Assembly: GCF_028641065.1 (NCBI RefSeq)
Contig: NC_073387.1
Location: 13,826,001-13,890,000 of the forward strand
Direction of reading: 5' to 3'
Source: Leucoraja erinacea
Lineage: Eukaryota
DNA: 64,000 nt
Translations under genes and position numbers: made by a program
Notes under the pieces: generated by a model
Seen by the model: only the letters and a program-made list of their open reading frames with translations
Database searches by the model: none
What the model was told of the DNA's origin: nothing
Shown: positions 1 to 12,917 of the stretch, one piece after another
Layout: the number at the start of each line of letters is the position of its first letter
How positions within the stretch are numbered: the first letter of the stretch is position 1

Positions 1-1001
1 TCCACATATGCTGCCTGACCCATCAAGTTAATACAGGGTCTCTACTTACTTGCTACAGATTCCAGCATCTGCAGTCTCTTGTGCCTCCATGTAAAGAAAT
101 AACATTGTTATTCTATATTGTAACCCAGACCACAGTTATCCCCTGAAAATGTCACACAAGCCACACATTTCAATGGCAATTAGAGATGGGGAACACATCT
201 TGGCTTTATCATTAATTGCCAGAAATGATGAATGAATAAAAGCCATGTGGTTGGATATTACAAATAACCAATTGTAATGAGAGGATGAAATCACTAGATG
301 GCAACAAAATATAATGGAAGTGTTCTAATTCAACTGAGCAAATGCATAAACAGTGATAAATCAGTGGGAAACTGAGGAATATTGTGACCATCTATGGGGA
401 TACATTTTGTAGACATTAGCTATCTTCAGTCTTTTGTTCTGTTACTGGCTTTTTATATGCAAGGTCAACTTCCAACAATAATTTGCATTAAATGATATTC
501 ATATTATGACTAGAAGGAGGCCATAATGGCTCATTGAATCTGTGCCGTACTGCAGTACAATCCTATCCCCGCACTCATTTTTTTCCTGTTCTCCCTATAT
601 TCTCATCAGTTCACCCCAAATTCTACCCCCCACTTACATTAGGGGCAAGTGCCAGTGTCTCATTAACTTGGCTAAAACAACCAATGGGGAATTATTGGGC
701 TGAATTTGACACTGAGTTCATGGAGATAGACTGTTTGGTGAAATTTGACAAATGTAAAAAAATTGTACTGAAAAAATTTGTATAGTCTCCGAAAATGTCG
801 GATGAATTTTGTTTGTTTGAATGGTTCAGGAATTGTATATATTTATCAATTGAATAAAGTCTATTTTGAAATTTTAAAAAAAATAATAAAAAGTTCATGG
901 AGATATTAGAGTAGGAGCCCAAAAGCTTGGTCAAAATGATAGATTTCAAGTACAATGGGATTATAGCAGGCTCGTGTGGTTGGATTCATGAATCATGTTC
1001 A

Positions 1002-1822
1002 TCTCTATCTATCCATTAACTATTAAAAGTCTGATCTTGCATGTGTGTGTTTGTTTGTGTATAATCACATCTTCACGAAAAAAAAGACGCTGTAACGGTA
1101 ACATTTTTACATATTCCGGTAGACATTTTTCCCGTGGAGTCCAAAATCTACTTTTCTGAAAATTTCATGCTTTATTTCTCGAGTTATTACTGAAAATGTT
1201 CAAAAATCTGACAAAACTTTGAATTCAAAAACAACTGTCTGTTGCTGATGATGTCACAATAGGTCTGCGTGTCGTCTTCCTCGTGCTGCGAGTAATGTCA
1301 CCCCCCCCCCCCCCCCCCCCGGTTATTTTAAATGCAGAAAGAATGAGCAAGTCAGGCCCTATACTTGCCCCGGGTCAGCACATGGTGGGGAGGTTGCTGG
1401 AGCCTGGAGCATTGCATTCGGAAACCAGCCCTCCCCTGTGATGCCGTTCCCCCCCCCCACCCTTCAAACTCAACCCCCTCCTTCTCTGCCCACCCCCTGC
1501 TCCCTCTCTTCTCCCCCCCCCCCGTTCGCACTCTGCCTCCCCCCCGCCCCCCCCTGCCTCTGCTGCCCTCTGCCCTCTGTCTCTGCCCTCTGTCTCTGTC
1601 CTCTGCCCCTGCCCACCCTCTGCCCCTGCCCTCTCTCCGCCCCTGCCCTCCCTCTGCCCCTGCTCCCTCTGCCTCTGCCCCTGCCCCTCTGCCCCTGCCC
1701 CTGCCCCTGCCCTCCCTCTGCCTCTGCCCTCTCTCCCTCTCCCTCTCTAGCCACGCCTGCGAGTTAGGGGCTATGCATGAGTGGATAGGGCGGGGGATGG
1801 GGTAAAAGGAGCGAACTAATAA
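1002..1822 (+). mobile_element. Non-autonomous Helitron, 5' part (interrupted by or fused to the next Helitron)
   Basis: Starts a|TCTCTATCTATCC..TATTAAAAGTCTG, the same 5' motif as the other Helitrons. Shares internal motifs (gatgtcacaat) and the subterminal ggggtaaaaggagc block, but has no CTAG end of its own. Confidence 0.6.
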
Positions 1823-3494
1823 TCTATATTACTAAAAGTCTGTTCTTGATCGGTTTTGGCCATCTGCGTTTTCCGAGAGAACGCCGCCACCTACGGCCGC
1901 CATTTTTGGCCACCTCGCTCAGAGCCCCCCTCCACCGCATGTGTGCCGAGGATTTTTCCAGTCGATGAAAAATGACAGAGATATTAATGATTTTACAAAA
2001 TTCCCCATTCTCTCTGCTGCCCCCGCTGGCGGCAGGGGGGATGGACTATAAAACCAGGAAGTGGTGTGCCTCAATTAGTCTGCAAGCTGGAGGAAGGCAG
2101 AGGGTCACGTTTCTCAGAGCTGTGAATAAACACATGTCCACACAACTGGGAGTAAGTACCCTTAATGTGTTTTGAACATGAAAATATGGTTAAAGTAAAA
2201 AAGCACTGCCTGCAAATGGTTGTTTGGGGGGTTTGGGTTGAAATAAAAAGGCACTCTCTTCCCCCCCCCCCCCCCTCCTCTCCTCCCCACTCTCCTCTCC
2301 CCCCCTCCTCTCCCCTCTCCCCCCCACTCTCCTCTCCCCCCCACTCCCTCTCCCCCCCCTCTCCTCCCCCCTCCTCCTCTCCCCCCTCCCTCTCCCCCCC
2401 TCTCCCCCCTCCTCTCCTCTCCACTCCCACCCTCTCTCTCTCCCCTCTTTTTTCTCCCCCTCCTCCCCTCCATCCCCTCCCCCCCTCCCCTCCCTCCCCT
2501 AAACCACCCTCCCCTCCCACACACCCTACCCCCCTTCCCTCCACCCTTCTCCCCCCCCTCCCTGCTCCCCACCTCTCCCCCTCCCCTCACCTCACCCCCC
2601 TATCAGCACACCCCTCCCCCCCCCTCTCTCCCCCCTCTCCTCCCCCCTCTCTCCCCCCCTCTCCTCTCTCCCCCCTCCTCCCCCCTCTCCCTCCCCCCTC
2701 TCCCTCTCTCCTCCACCTCTCACCTCCCCCCCTCTCCCTTCCCCCCTCTCCTCTTCCCCCCTCCTCCTCTCTCCCCCCCCTCCTCTCTCCCCCTCTCCTC
2801 TCTCCCCCCTCTCCTCTCCCCCCCTCTCTCTCTCCCCCCCTCTTTTTCTCCCACTCCTCCCTCCCCTCCATCTCCTCCCCCCCTCTCCGTCCCCCCTCCC
2901 CTAAACCCCTCTCCCCTCCCCCCCCTACTTTCTCTCCCCCTCCCCTCACCTCCATCCCCCTCCCCCCGTCCCCCCCTCCCCCTCCCCTCCTCACCTTTCC
3001 CCCCCTCCCCTCCCCTCCCTCTCCCCACCCCTCCCCCTCCTCACCTCTCCCCCCTCCCCTCACCTCTCCCCCCTCTCCCCTCACTCCTCCCCCACTCCCC
3101 TCACCCTCTCTCTCTCTCTCTCTCATCCCCTCAACCTCTCCACACCCCCTCTCCCACCCGCGATCCCCTCTCTCTCCCCCCTTTCTCCCTCTCTCCCTAC
3201 CCTCCTTCCCTTCCTCCCCCCTCTGCCACCCCCCACTCCCACCCCCCCCTCCCCCCCCCCCCCCTAGATGTGACTGCCAGTTGGGGGGTATGGGTCAGTA
3301 GATAGGGTGGTTTTGGGGTAAAAGGAGCAAATTAATAATATTAATATAATATCAAGGGGGGTAATTAGCGTGAGTGCGGGGGGGGGGGGGGCGTAGTTAG
3401 TGTGTGTGAGGCTGCAGGCCGCCCCCCCCCCCCCCCCCCCCCCCCGCAATCACTCGTTGAGGAGACTAGACCCAACGGGTCCCACGTGGTCTAG
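1823..3494 (+). mobile_element. Non-autonomous Helitron
   Basis: 5' a|TCTATATTACTAAAAGTCTG. The 3' hairpin GACCC-aac-GGGTC (3469-3481) is followed by CTAG|t. A|T insertion site and no TSD. Confidence 0.8.
2261..3264. repeat. About 1 kb low-complexity polypyrimidine (C/T) tract inside a Helitron
   Basis: Almost exclusively C and T on the + strand. It generates the spurious Pro/Ser and Gly/Arg/Glu ORFs in the track. Confidence 0.9.
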
Positions 3495-4023
3495 TAGAAA
3501 ATAAACAAAATAAAACTAAATAATTGGATTGCTGTCTTAATGTTATCCCAAATCCTCTACTATTCTAAATATTTTCGGTTCGAAAAATGGTCAGTTTGAA
3601 AAATGTGATTTTTTTAAAGATTATTGTTATCTGATTTAGTGCTATTTTAAGATTATTGGCATCTGTAATTTCTGATTTAGTGCTTCCTTAGAGGAGCATT
3701 ACTACATAGCCAACGCATTAGTCTGTGGCTCTTGTGAAATAATTGAATTCTAAATGATACTGCAGGATATATTCAATGCAATGCTCGAGATATAGATTTT
3801 ATTGTGCACACTGTCTTAAAAATCCAAGTTACATGACTTGGTCTGCAATGTCCTTCACGGTTGAATCCTGGGAATTAGATCCAAAAGTGAACCCTGTGCA
3901 CCAGCCTCTCCAATGCTTCATACAAGCGTTGTTTATGCATGAAACGTGAGTAGCTTTGATGCATTGTAGTTGATGGCTAAATGGACAAAGAGAAAGGCAT
4001 GTCCTTTCTGCATTTATTAATTA

Positions 4024-4059
4024 CTAGACCAAGTGCAGACCCGTTGGGTCTGTTTCCCC

Positions 4060-4090
<31 letters not shown>

Positions 4091-5274
4091 GGAGGCTGCT
4101 GCATCACACTCACATTAACCCCCCAAACACACAGGTGGGGGGATGGGGGTGAGAAGAGGGGAGGAAGGGGAGAGGAGGAGGACGAAACGGGACAGATTTG
4201 GGGAAAGGGAAAGGAGAGAGGGGTAGGGGGTGAGAGGGGGGGGATGGGGAGAGAGATGTTGGGGAGGGGGGGGGTGGGGAGGTAGGGGAGGAGGAAGGGA
4301 GGGGGAGAGGGAGAGGGGTGGGGGGAGAGAGGGGAAAGAGTGGGGAGAGAGAGTGGCGGGGAAGGGAGAGATGGTGAAAGAGCGGGGAGGGAGGAGGAGA
4401 GGGGTAGGGGGAGTGATGAAAGAGGTACAGAGGGGTAGGAGGAAGGGAGCGGGTGTAGAGAGGGAAGGGGGTGGTGTAGAGAGGGAAGGGGGGGGGAGGG
4501 AGGGATGGGGTGGGAGAGGGAGTGGGGTGAGGGGAGGGAAACATAGAACCATAGAAATTAAGTGCAGGAGTAGGCCATTCGGCCCTTCGAGCCTGCACCA
4601 CCATTCAATATGATCGTGGCTGATCATCCAACTCAGTATCCTGTACCTTCCATCTCTCCATACGCCCTGATCCCTTTAGCCACAAGGGCCACATCTAACT
4701 CACTCTTAAATATAGCCAATTAACTGGCCTCAACTACTGGCAGAGAATTCCAGAGATTCACCACTCTCTGTGTGAAAAATGTTTTTTCTCATCTCTGTCC
4801 TAAAGGATTTCCCCCTTATCTTTAAACTGTGACCCCTTGTTCTGGACTTCCCCAACATCTGGAACAATCTTCCTGCATTTAGCCTGTCCAACCCCTTAAC
4901 AATTTTGTACGTTTCTATAAGATCCGCCCTCAGTCTTCTAAATTCTAGCGTGTACAAGCTGAGTCTATCCAGTCTTTCTTCATATGAAAGTCCTGGCATC
5001 CCAGGAATCAGTCTGGTGAAGATTCTCTGTACTCCCTCTGTGGCAACGATGTCTTTGAGCATTGGGCATTGTGACATTCACACGATGGAACATGAATCAA
5101 ACAGGAAGAAAGGCAGGCAGCCGGCAGCCGGACGGATGAAGTAGCCAGTTATTTTTGACGTGGGATATCGAAGGATTTGATTAAAAATGTGTACCTAGGC
5201 GGCAGCCACAGACTTTTATATAATAACTAGACCAAGTGCAGACCCGTTTGGGTCTGTATCCCCAACGGCGTTTG

Positions 5275-5313
<39 letters not shown>

Positions 5314-7510
5314 CTGCGGCATCACACTCGCATTAACCACCCCTCAAGCACACAGGTGGGGGGGAGGGGGATGAGAAGAGGGGAGGGTGGGGAGAGGAGG
5401 AGGAGGAGGAAATGGGACAGATTTGGGAGGGAAAGGAGAGCGTAGGGGGGTGAGAGAGGGGAATGGGGAGAGAAATGTGAGGGGGGGGGGGGATGGGGAG
5501 GGAGGGGAGGAGGGAGGGAGGGGGAGAAGGGTGGAGGGAGAGAGGGTAAAGAGTGGGGAGGGAGAGTGGAGGGGGAAGGGGGGAGAAGTGGAAGAGTGGG
5601 GAGAGAGGACGAGAGGGGTAGGGGGAGTGATGGAAGAGGGACAGAGGGGTAGGAGGATGGGGGCCAGTGGAGAGAGGGAAGATGGTGGGGTAGAGAGGGA
5701 AGGTGGGTGGGGAGAGAGGGATGGGTGGGAGAGGGAGGGAGTGAGGAGAGGGAAACATAGAAACATAGAAATTAAGTGCAGGAGTAGGCCATTCGGCCCT
5801 TTGAGGCTGCACAACCATTCAATATGATCATGGCTGATCATTCATTATCCTGTACCTGCCTTCTCTCCATATCCCCTGATCCCTTTAGCCACAAGGGCCA
5901 CATCTAACTCCCTCTTAAATATAGCCAATGAACTGTCCTCAACTACCTTCTGTGCCAGTGAATTCCAGAGATTCACCACTCTCTGTGTGAAAAATGTTTT
6001 TCTCATCTATTTCATAAAAGATTTCCTCCTTATCCTTAAACTGTGACCCCTTGTTCTGGACCTCCCCAACATCTGGAACAATCTTCCTGCATCTAGCCTG
6101 TCCAACCACTTAAGAATTTTGTATGTTTCTATAAGATCCCCCTCAATCTTCTAAAATCTAGCGAGTACAAGCTGAGTCTATCCAGTCTTTATTCATATGA
6201 AAGTCCTGACATCCCAGGAATCAGTCTGGTGAACCTTCTCTGTACTCCCTCTATGGCAACAATGCCTTTGAGCATTGGGCATTGTGACATCACACGATGG
6301 AACGTTCACCAGGGGCTGGGGCTGCTTCTATGGGTGAGAAGCCAGTTTATTTTTGAAATATTGGGGGGGGGGGGGGAAGGATCTGATTAAAAGTGTACTT
6401 AAACACGACAAAATGTAATGAGGAGCGGATACTTAGAAAGAAAAGTGAAATCTCTACCGAAATGGAAAAGATGTCGGCGATTCTGCGTCTTGTTTCGGAG
6501 TTGCAGGGAATCAAAGGAAGAAAGCCGGCAGCTGCAGCCGGCAGCCGTCCATGTAAATGGATCCATTCTGATTGGACATCTGCGAGTATTGGGCATTGTG
6601 ACATCACACGATGGAATGAATCGAAAGGCAGCCGGACGGCCGGACGGCAGGCGGCAGCCACAGACTTTTATATAATAACTAGACCAAGTGCAGACCCGTT
6701 GGGTCTGTTTCCCCAACGGCGTTTGCGGGTAGGGGGGTTGTTTGGGGGGCTGCGGCATCACACTCACATTAACCACACCCCAAACACACAGGCGGGGGGA
6801 GGGGGGTGAGAAGAGGGGAAGGAGGGGAGAGGAGGAGGAGGCAACGGGTCAGATTTTGGAGGGAAAGGAGAGCGGGTAGGGGGTGAGATGGGGAGAGAGA
6901 TGTGTGGGAAGGGAGGGAGGGGAGGCGAGAGGGAGGGGGAGAGGGGTGGGGGGGAGCGAAGGGAAGAGAGTGGGGAGGGAGAGTGGAGGGGGAAGGGGGA
7001 GAGAAGTGGAAGAGTGGGGTGGGAGGGGTAGGGGGAGTGGTGGAAGAGGGATAGGGGAAGGGGGTGGGGGGAAAGGGAAGGGGGTGGGGTAGAGAGTGAA
7101 GGGGGTGGGGGAGAGAGGGATGGGTGGGAGAGGGGTGAGGAGAGAGAAACATAAGATTCTATAAGATCACCCATCAATCTTCTAAATTCTAGCGAGTACA
7201 AGCCGAGTCTATCCAGTCTTTCTTCATATGAAAGTCCTGACATCCCAGGAATCAGTCTGGTGAACCTTCTCTGTACTCCCTCTATGGCAAGAATGTCTTT
7301 GGGCATTGGGCATTGTGACATCACACGATGACACGGTCACCAGGGGCTGGGGCTGGGGCTGGTGCAAAGGCATATTTAAATGGATCCATCCCGATTGGAC
7401 ATCTGTGAGCATTGGGCATTGTGACATCACACGATGGGAATGAATCAAAAGGCAGACAGGCATCCGGACAGACGGCAGGCGGCAGCCACAGACTTTTATA
7501 TAAAAATAGA
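4024..7510 (-). mobile_element. Head-to-tail trimer of non-autonomous Helitrons, each carrying a CR1 3' fragment
   Basis: The 3' end ctagaccaagtgcagacccgtt(t)gggtctg (CTAG plus hairpin on the - strand) occurs at 4024, 5227 and 6679. The 5' end ggcagccacagacttttatata occurs just before 5227, 6679 and about 7510. Each unit has a purine tract followed by gaaacata(g) and CR1 sequence. Confidence 0.8.
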
Positions 7511-7738
7511 TAGATAGAAGATAGATAGATGTTATAAATAACATATTTATTTGAAAGAAATATCACTCATCAGCTATAAAACTGTATGCTAGACACTTGG
7601 AGGTGACATGCAGATCATTTTTTGCTTTGACAAACACTTCAAATTTAATTTGAAATTTGCACATGAGTTAGTATATCTTACTCTCTGTTTGGATGTGACT
7701 GGGTAGGTTGAAGCTCAGGATTCATTATTGGCTTTGTA

Positions 7739-8290
7739 TTATGGTGTACAATTTTGGTCACCTAATTATAGGAAGGATGTCAACAAAATAGAGAGAGTAC
7801 AGAGGAGATTTACTAGAATGTTGCCTGGGTTTCAGCAACTAAGTTACAGAGAAAGGTTGAACAAGTTAGGTCTTTATTCTTTGGAGCGAAGAAGGTTAAG
7901 GGGGGACTTGATAGTCTTTAAAATGATGAGAGGGATAGACAGAGTTGATGTGGATAAGCCTTTCCCATTGAGAGTAGGGAAGATTCAAATAAGAGGGCGT
8001 GACTTGAGAATTAAGGGACAGAAGTTTAGGGGTAACATGAGGGGGAACTTCTTTACTCAGAGAGTGGTAGCTGTGTGGAATGAGCTTCCAGTGGAAGTGG
8101 TGGAGGCAGGTTCGATTTTATCATTTAAAAATAAATTGGATAGGCATATGGACAGGAAAGGAATGGAGGGTAATGGTCTGAGTGCAGGTAGATGGGGCTA
8201 GGGGAGAATAAGTGTTTGGCATGGACTAGAAGGGCCGAGATGGCCTGTTTCCGTGCTGTAATTGTTATATTGTTATATGGTTACATGGTA
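7739..8290 (+). mobile_element. CR1 LINE 3' fragment
   Basis: ORF YGVQFWSPNYRKDVNKIERVQRRFTRMLPG...FFTQRVVAVWNELP followed by a short-repeat tail. Confidence 0.9.
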
Positions 8291-9574
8291 TGTGGTAATT
8301 ATTTCGTTTCATCTAATGCAAAAGGCAAAGTGCTGGATCTTGCAGCATCTTTGGAAAGAAATGGACAGACGATGTTTCGGGGTCAGGATCCTTCTTCAGA
8401 AGTCCAATTCCTTCCATGAGATGCTGCCTCGCCTGCACAGTTGCTCCAACAATTTGTTTTTTGCTCACGATTCCTGCATCTGCAGTCTCTAGTGCCTCCA
8501 CTTTGTTTCATTTAAAGTTTCTTTCCCAAGACTCTGAAGTTCAGCAACAGTGGCTGGCTACAGAAAACATTTGGGGGAGTTCTGGGCGAACACAATTTCT
8601 CAAACCAATACGCAAGTCTGAGAAACCAGCGAGGGCAGGTTACCTTCTTCCAGCAGAAGGATCGACAAGCCAACCAGAGAATTTCGGAAATTCTGTCTGT
8701 AGGTTCACACAAATAAAGTTACTTAAACTGTGAATATTGATCCAGGAGCCTGCACTCAGGCACCAAATCCCCACGTCTCAGAGAATAAAGAGGGAGACAG
8801 TGTAAAACCTGAATGTTTTTACTGGGAATAACAGTTCAAATCGAGCACGCCAGCTCCATATTTTTTTTTACTATTGTTACCATAATGTGAACCTTGTTTG
8901 ATTCCAGCACCAACATTTTACTGTTATATCAAGAAAGCCTAACCAGAACGCGACGGACTCAGAGGTTAAAAAGCATTTGCCAGCTATTGACGTATCTGTT
9001 GTTTGTTGCACTGTGTCGTCCAGCCCTAACCTCACAGTCTCGCCGGGACAGTCAGCTGAAGGATTAGAAATCTGACTGGTTACCAGCTCAGGCAGTGGAG
9101 TTAGTGGAGCTCAACGACAGGCAGACCCCGCACTCTGAGGCCTTTCATGCTGATCGTGTGTGTGTGCTGCCGACTGGTTGTTCCACCACATTGCTAAGGT
9201 ACCCAGATTCCTTGAAAGGTAAGGAAATACTTCAATAAATATTTTCGGCTGTGCTAGGATGACACTGAACTGCAAATTTAATGGTGTCAGGATGACATGC
9301 AATTTTGCAGACTGACGCAGATTAGATTTCAGCCATCAGTGGAATAAACCTGCTCCTGAGTGTTTAAAATGGTTTATTTAAGGATGAAAAAATGCATATA
9401 AAGAGAGACTGATTTTTCTCTGAAAGAGATTTAGCTCTATTCCAATATGTACATTTGCTCTCGATGCCACTGATCTATAATTTAACTGTTGCATTGCTTT
9501 GGAACCTTGAATTTTAAACTGCCTCCCTAATTATTTTGACAACACCGAGCTTCCTTTTGAAAACCTTTATTTTA

Positions 9575-9885
9575 GAGATTCAAAATGGAAACAGGCCTTG
9601 TGGCCTTACTGAGTCCATGCTGACCACCGATCACCTGTTCACACTAGTTCTATGTTGACTCGCCCACTCCCTACACACTAAGGATAATTTATAGATGCCA
9701 ATTAACCTACAGACCCACACGACTTTGAGATGTGGGAGGAAACCGGATCACCCGGAGAAAACCCACACAGTCACAGGGAGAATGTGCAAACTCCACACAG
9801 TCAGCACCCAAGGTCAGGATTGAACCTGGGTCTCTGGCGCTGTAAGGCAGCGTCTCTACCAGTTGCACAACCGTGACACCCAGCC
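9575..9885 (-). mobile_element. HE1-type V-SINE
   Basis: tRNA-like head, V-domain (gtggagtttgcacattctccc..gggttttctccgg) and CR1-derived tail on the - strand. Confidence 0.8.
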
Positions 9886-11114
9886 ACTTACGTTTTCCAC
9901 AGTAAAACAGATCATGACTCTGGTTAAAACGTAAAGAATAAATGTAGTACAAAATTCAGAGTTGAAGTCAGTTTTGGCAAGTCCGGCTGGAGTTTGACTA
10001 ACCACAATTCACTTGAAATATTTTGATCCACATATGATAAAATGTGGATGTATTTTTTAGAAGCTGAAAGGGACGTTGTTAAAATTCTCACTCGTATCCA
10101 AGATTAATACAGGAAGATTTTCGCTCTCCAGGTCTCTACCCGAAACATCACCCATTCCTTCTCTCCAGAGATGCTGCCTGTCCCATTGAGTTACTCCAAC
10201 TTTTTGTGTCTATCTTCGGTTTAAACCAGCATCTGCAGTTCCTTCTTACACAATACTTTTTTACCCTTTTTACCATTTTGTTCCACCCGATATTGTAGTT
10301 CCCTGTTGTTCCAGTGATAGGTGGTGGTCATGGATTTTGGGTCTATTAAGAAAATGGTGGTCTGGTGGTTATATTGTGGAACTAAGTACCAAATTCTAGG
10401 TGAAATGAAACTGGCTATGCTGAGGAGGAAGAAAGATCTGCTTTTAAGAAGCAACATCCATAACCTCGGAATCCTGCTTTGCAGTTCCTGATTGAATACT
10501 TTTGATGTGTTATGATGCAAGAAACAGCTGCTGCAGCCTGGGAGAGCAACCCAGCATATTTAACATTGTGACCATGCTAACTTGTGAAGATGGTTGAGGT
10601 ATAAACGATGCCCAGGTCATTGAAGGATAAATGTTGCCTATAATGCTGAAGGTAGTTCTCTATTCTCTGAACTAGTGCCAGGAAATCATGAGGGAGCAGA
10701 CATGACCTTGGTTCAACTTGTTTACGAAGAAAAAAGGCACCTCCGCATGTGAAGCGTCCCTTCAGTAACCACACAAGCATAGAGCCATCCAAACTTAGAG
10801 CATGCAAGGCCACACTGCAGCCCATGAAATATGCCACTTGTGATCGGGTGATTCAGGTCCACTAGGGTTTTGTGGGTTCTGGGTTGAAAGAGGTTACATG
10901 TGGACAAATATTCACCTCAGCGCCCTAGAAAAGGTAAATAACTTTGCCTGCCATTATCTGGTGATTTCTGTTGATGGATGCATGGCCAAGGTAGTGTTGC
11001 ATCCCTCAATCATGCTGATCCCACACCGTCCAAGGTCATTCACATGGATCAGAATCAGGAACCAGAAGACAGCTATGCTTGTGGAATATTTTTCTCCTCC
11101 TCTTCTTTTCTCAT

Positions 11115-11329
11115 GGGACGACAGATGGCGCAATGGGCTAAGTGTTCAGCTGGCGACCAGAAGGTAGCCGGTTCGAATCCCGCTTGGAGTGCATACTGAC
11201 GTTGTGTCCTTGGGGCAAGACACTTCACCCACCTTTGCCTGTGTGTAAATGTAATGTAATTATGTGAAGCACTTTGGGGTCAATGCAAGTTGACTAAAAA
11301 TGTGCTATATAAATAAGATTATTATTATT
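11115..11329 (+). mobile_element. tRNA-derived SINE with CORE-like central domain and L2-type tail
   Basis: A box tggcgcaatgg, B box ggttcgaatcc, central gttgtgtccttggggcaagacactt, and tail gtgaagcactttgg...gctatataaat plus (att)n. Confidence 0.75.
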
Positions 11330-12470
11330 CCTAAGGGAGTTCTTCAGGATTGAGGATGACTTACTCCCACTCTGGTTCTCTGGGTTGTCAGGGGGTCGAT
11401 GAGAGGCCAGACGTTTTCATAGATGGGGCAAGTGATGGCCCACAGGATGAATGAGCGCATTGTAAGGTGACCCATTCCTTCTGCCATTTACACAGGTCCA
11501 ATGCTTATGTCCGGGCTCTCAATAGCTACCCCAGTGCTCCCTCTTCACTTTGAGTGATCACGCGTCAGAGATTCTCAGGAATCGGTGTTCATGTCACAAT
11601 TCTTGAAGGAAGATTTGAGCGACTTCTTGAATCTCTTCCTCAAAATCTCTTCTCGTGAAAGTGCTTGGAATAAGGTGCCTGTTTCACGGGTCTGGTGCTG
11701 GGTATGCATACAAAAGTAAGTCTGAAAAGGAATCCCGACCTGTAACGCCACCTATCCATGTTACCCAGAGACGCTGCCTGACCTTCTGAGTTGCTCCAGC
11801 ACTTTGTGTCGTTTTTTTACACGAACAAAGTGACTTTCCCAAAGGAGTTAACAAGGAGCTCAATGGTGAAGATGTTGACCCGAGAGAGGACACTGGTTGC
11901 TTATCCTTCCAAGAGGACTTTGCAAAGTCAGCAATTTTTCTATGTCTTCTGTAGGTAGTCCTCGTCTGTCAGAAGGGATCATTGTGGTCAGGAAACTATT
12001 TATTTTATGCCAGGTCGGGGGGTAGGGTCTGATTTCCAAGCACCCTTTTCCATTGGTCTACCGAAGGTGATGGTGAATCTCGTCATTGATGCTTGTCGGC
12101 GATAAGAGGTAGCTCCCAACTTGTTTGAAATAGTCCCAAGTTAAAATAACAAGCCCAAGGAAACCGCTGCTATCTCCACTGAATCCTGAAGTTCAGCAGT
12201 GAACACCTTCAGTTTAAAAACCTCAACACCCACATGTGAGAAGAGGAGTATGTAAGAAGGGACCTCAAAGATGCTGTAAACATTAATCGTCTTCAAGAAA
12301 GGAGACAATCTGGCTGTGATAACTACAAAAAGCTCATCCTACAGGAGTATAGTGAAGGTCGTCTCCAAGCTCTTCTTCAACTGCCTCCGCCCAGTGGCTA
12401 AAGAGCAGCTCCCTGAATCACAGTGTGGATCCCAAGCATCCAAAGACACAGTAGGCATGATCTCAATAGC
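11330..12470 (-). mobile_element. Degraded RTE-clade LINE with 5' inversion
   Basis: The - strand of 11330-12140 gives YFKQVGSYLLSPTSINDEIHH and KRFKKSLKSSFKNC remnants. The + strand of ~12290-12470 gives FKKGD...KVVSKLFFNCLRPVAKEQLPESQCG, an RTE RT N-terminal motif. Confidence 0.7.
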
Positions 12471-12888
12471 TGGCCTTCTCTCCCTCGTATCCAAACCAAC
12501 AAATCCTTTGGGGGTCACAAGAGAGGAAGACAATTGCAGAAGAATCCCAATTTGTGGCCGTAACCTTGTTAGCCTTTTCTAGAATGGAGTTTGCATGTTC
12601 TCCCTGCGACAACGTGGGTTTCCTCCATTTATTCCGTAAAGACATGCAGGTTTGGAGGTTAAGTGCCCTCTGTAAATTGCCCCGAGTGCATAAGAAATTT
12701 AGATGACATTGAACTAATGTGAACAGGTGGTCAGTGTGGACCTGGTGGGCTGAAGGGCCTGTTTCCATGCTCTTATCTTTCAATTCAATTCAAATCATTG
12801 CATTCACTAGAATTAAAGCAGGTTTACTGTGGAAACCAAAGCTCCGCTATAAGATCTTTGGTGGAAACAGTATCCCCTCGTGGTCTAA

Positions 12889-12917
12889 AGCACCCCCTAG
12901 TGGTCGAAAGTACTGCA
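12889..12917 (-). promoter_or_regulatory. CTCF-binding motif with upstream module
   Basis: The minus strand reads TGCAGTAC-tttcga-CCACTAGGGGGTGCT: the core motif plus the TGCAG upstream motif at typical spacing. Confidence 0.6.

Noticed and set aside
4063-5313. Long G homopolymers as specific functional elements
   Set aside because: They occur at equivalent positions in Helitron units with variable length, and homopolymer length is unreliable in assemblies.
1365-7152. Long Pro/Ser/Leu-rich and Gly/Arg/Glu-rich ORFs (e.g. 2165-3301, 378 aa)
   Set aside because: Artefacts of stop-poor C/T and G/A low-complexity tracts inside Helitrons; they are open in several frames on both strands.
11115-11190. 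tRNA gene (also the heads of HE1 copies)
   Set aside because: The A and B boxes run directly into SINE body and tail, with no complete cloverleaf or terminator.
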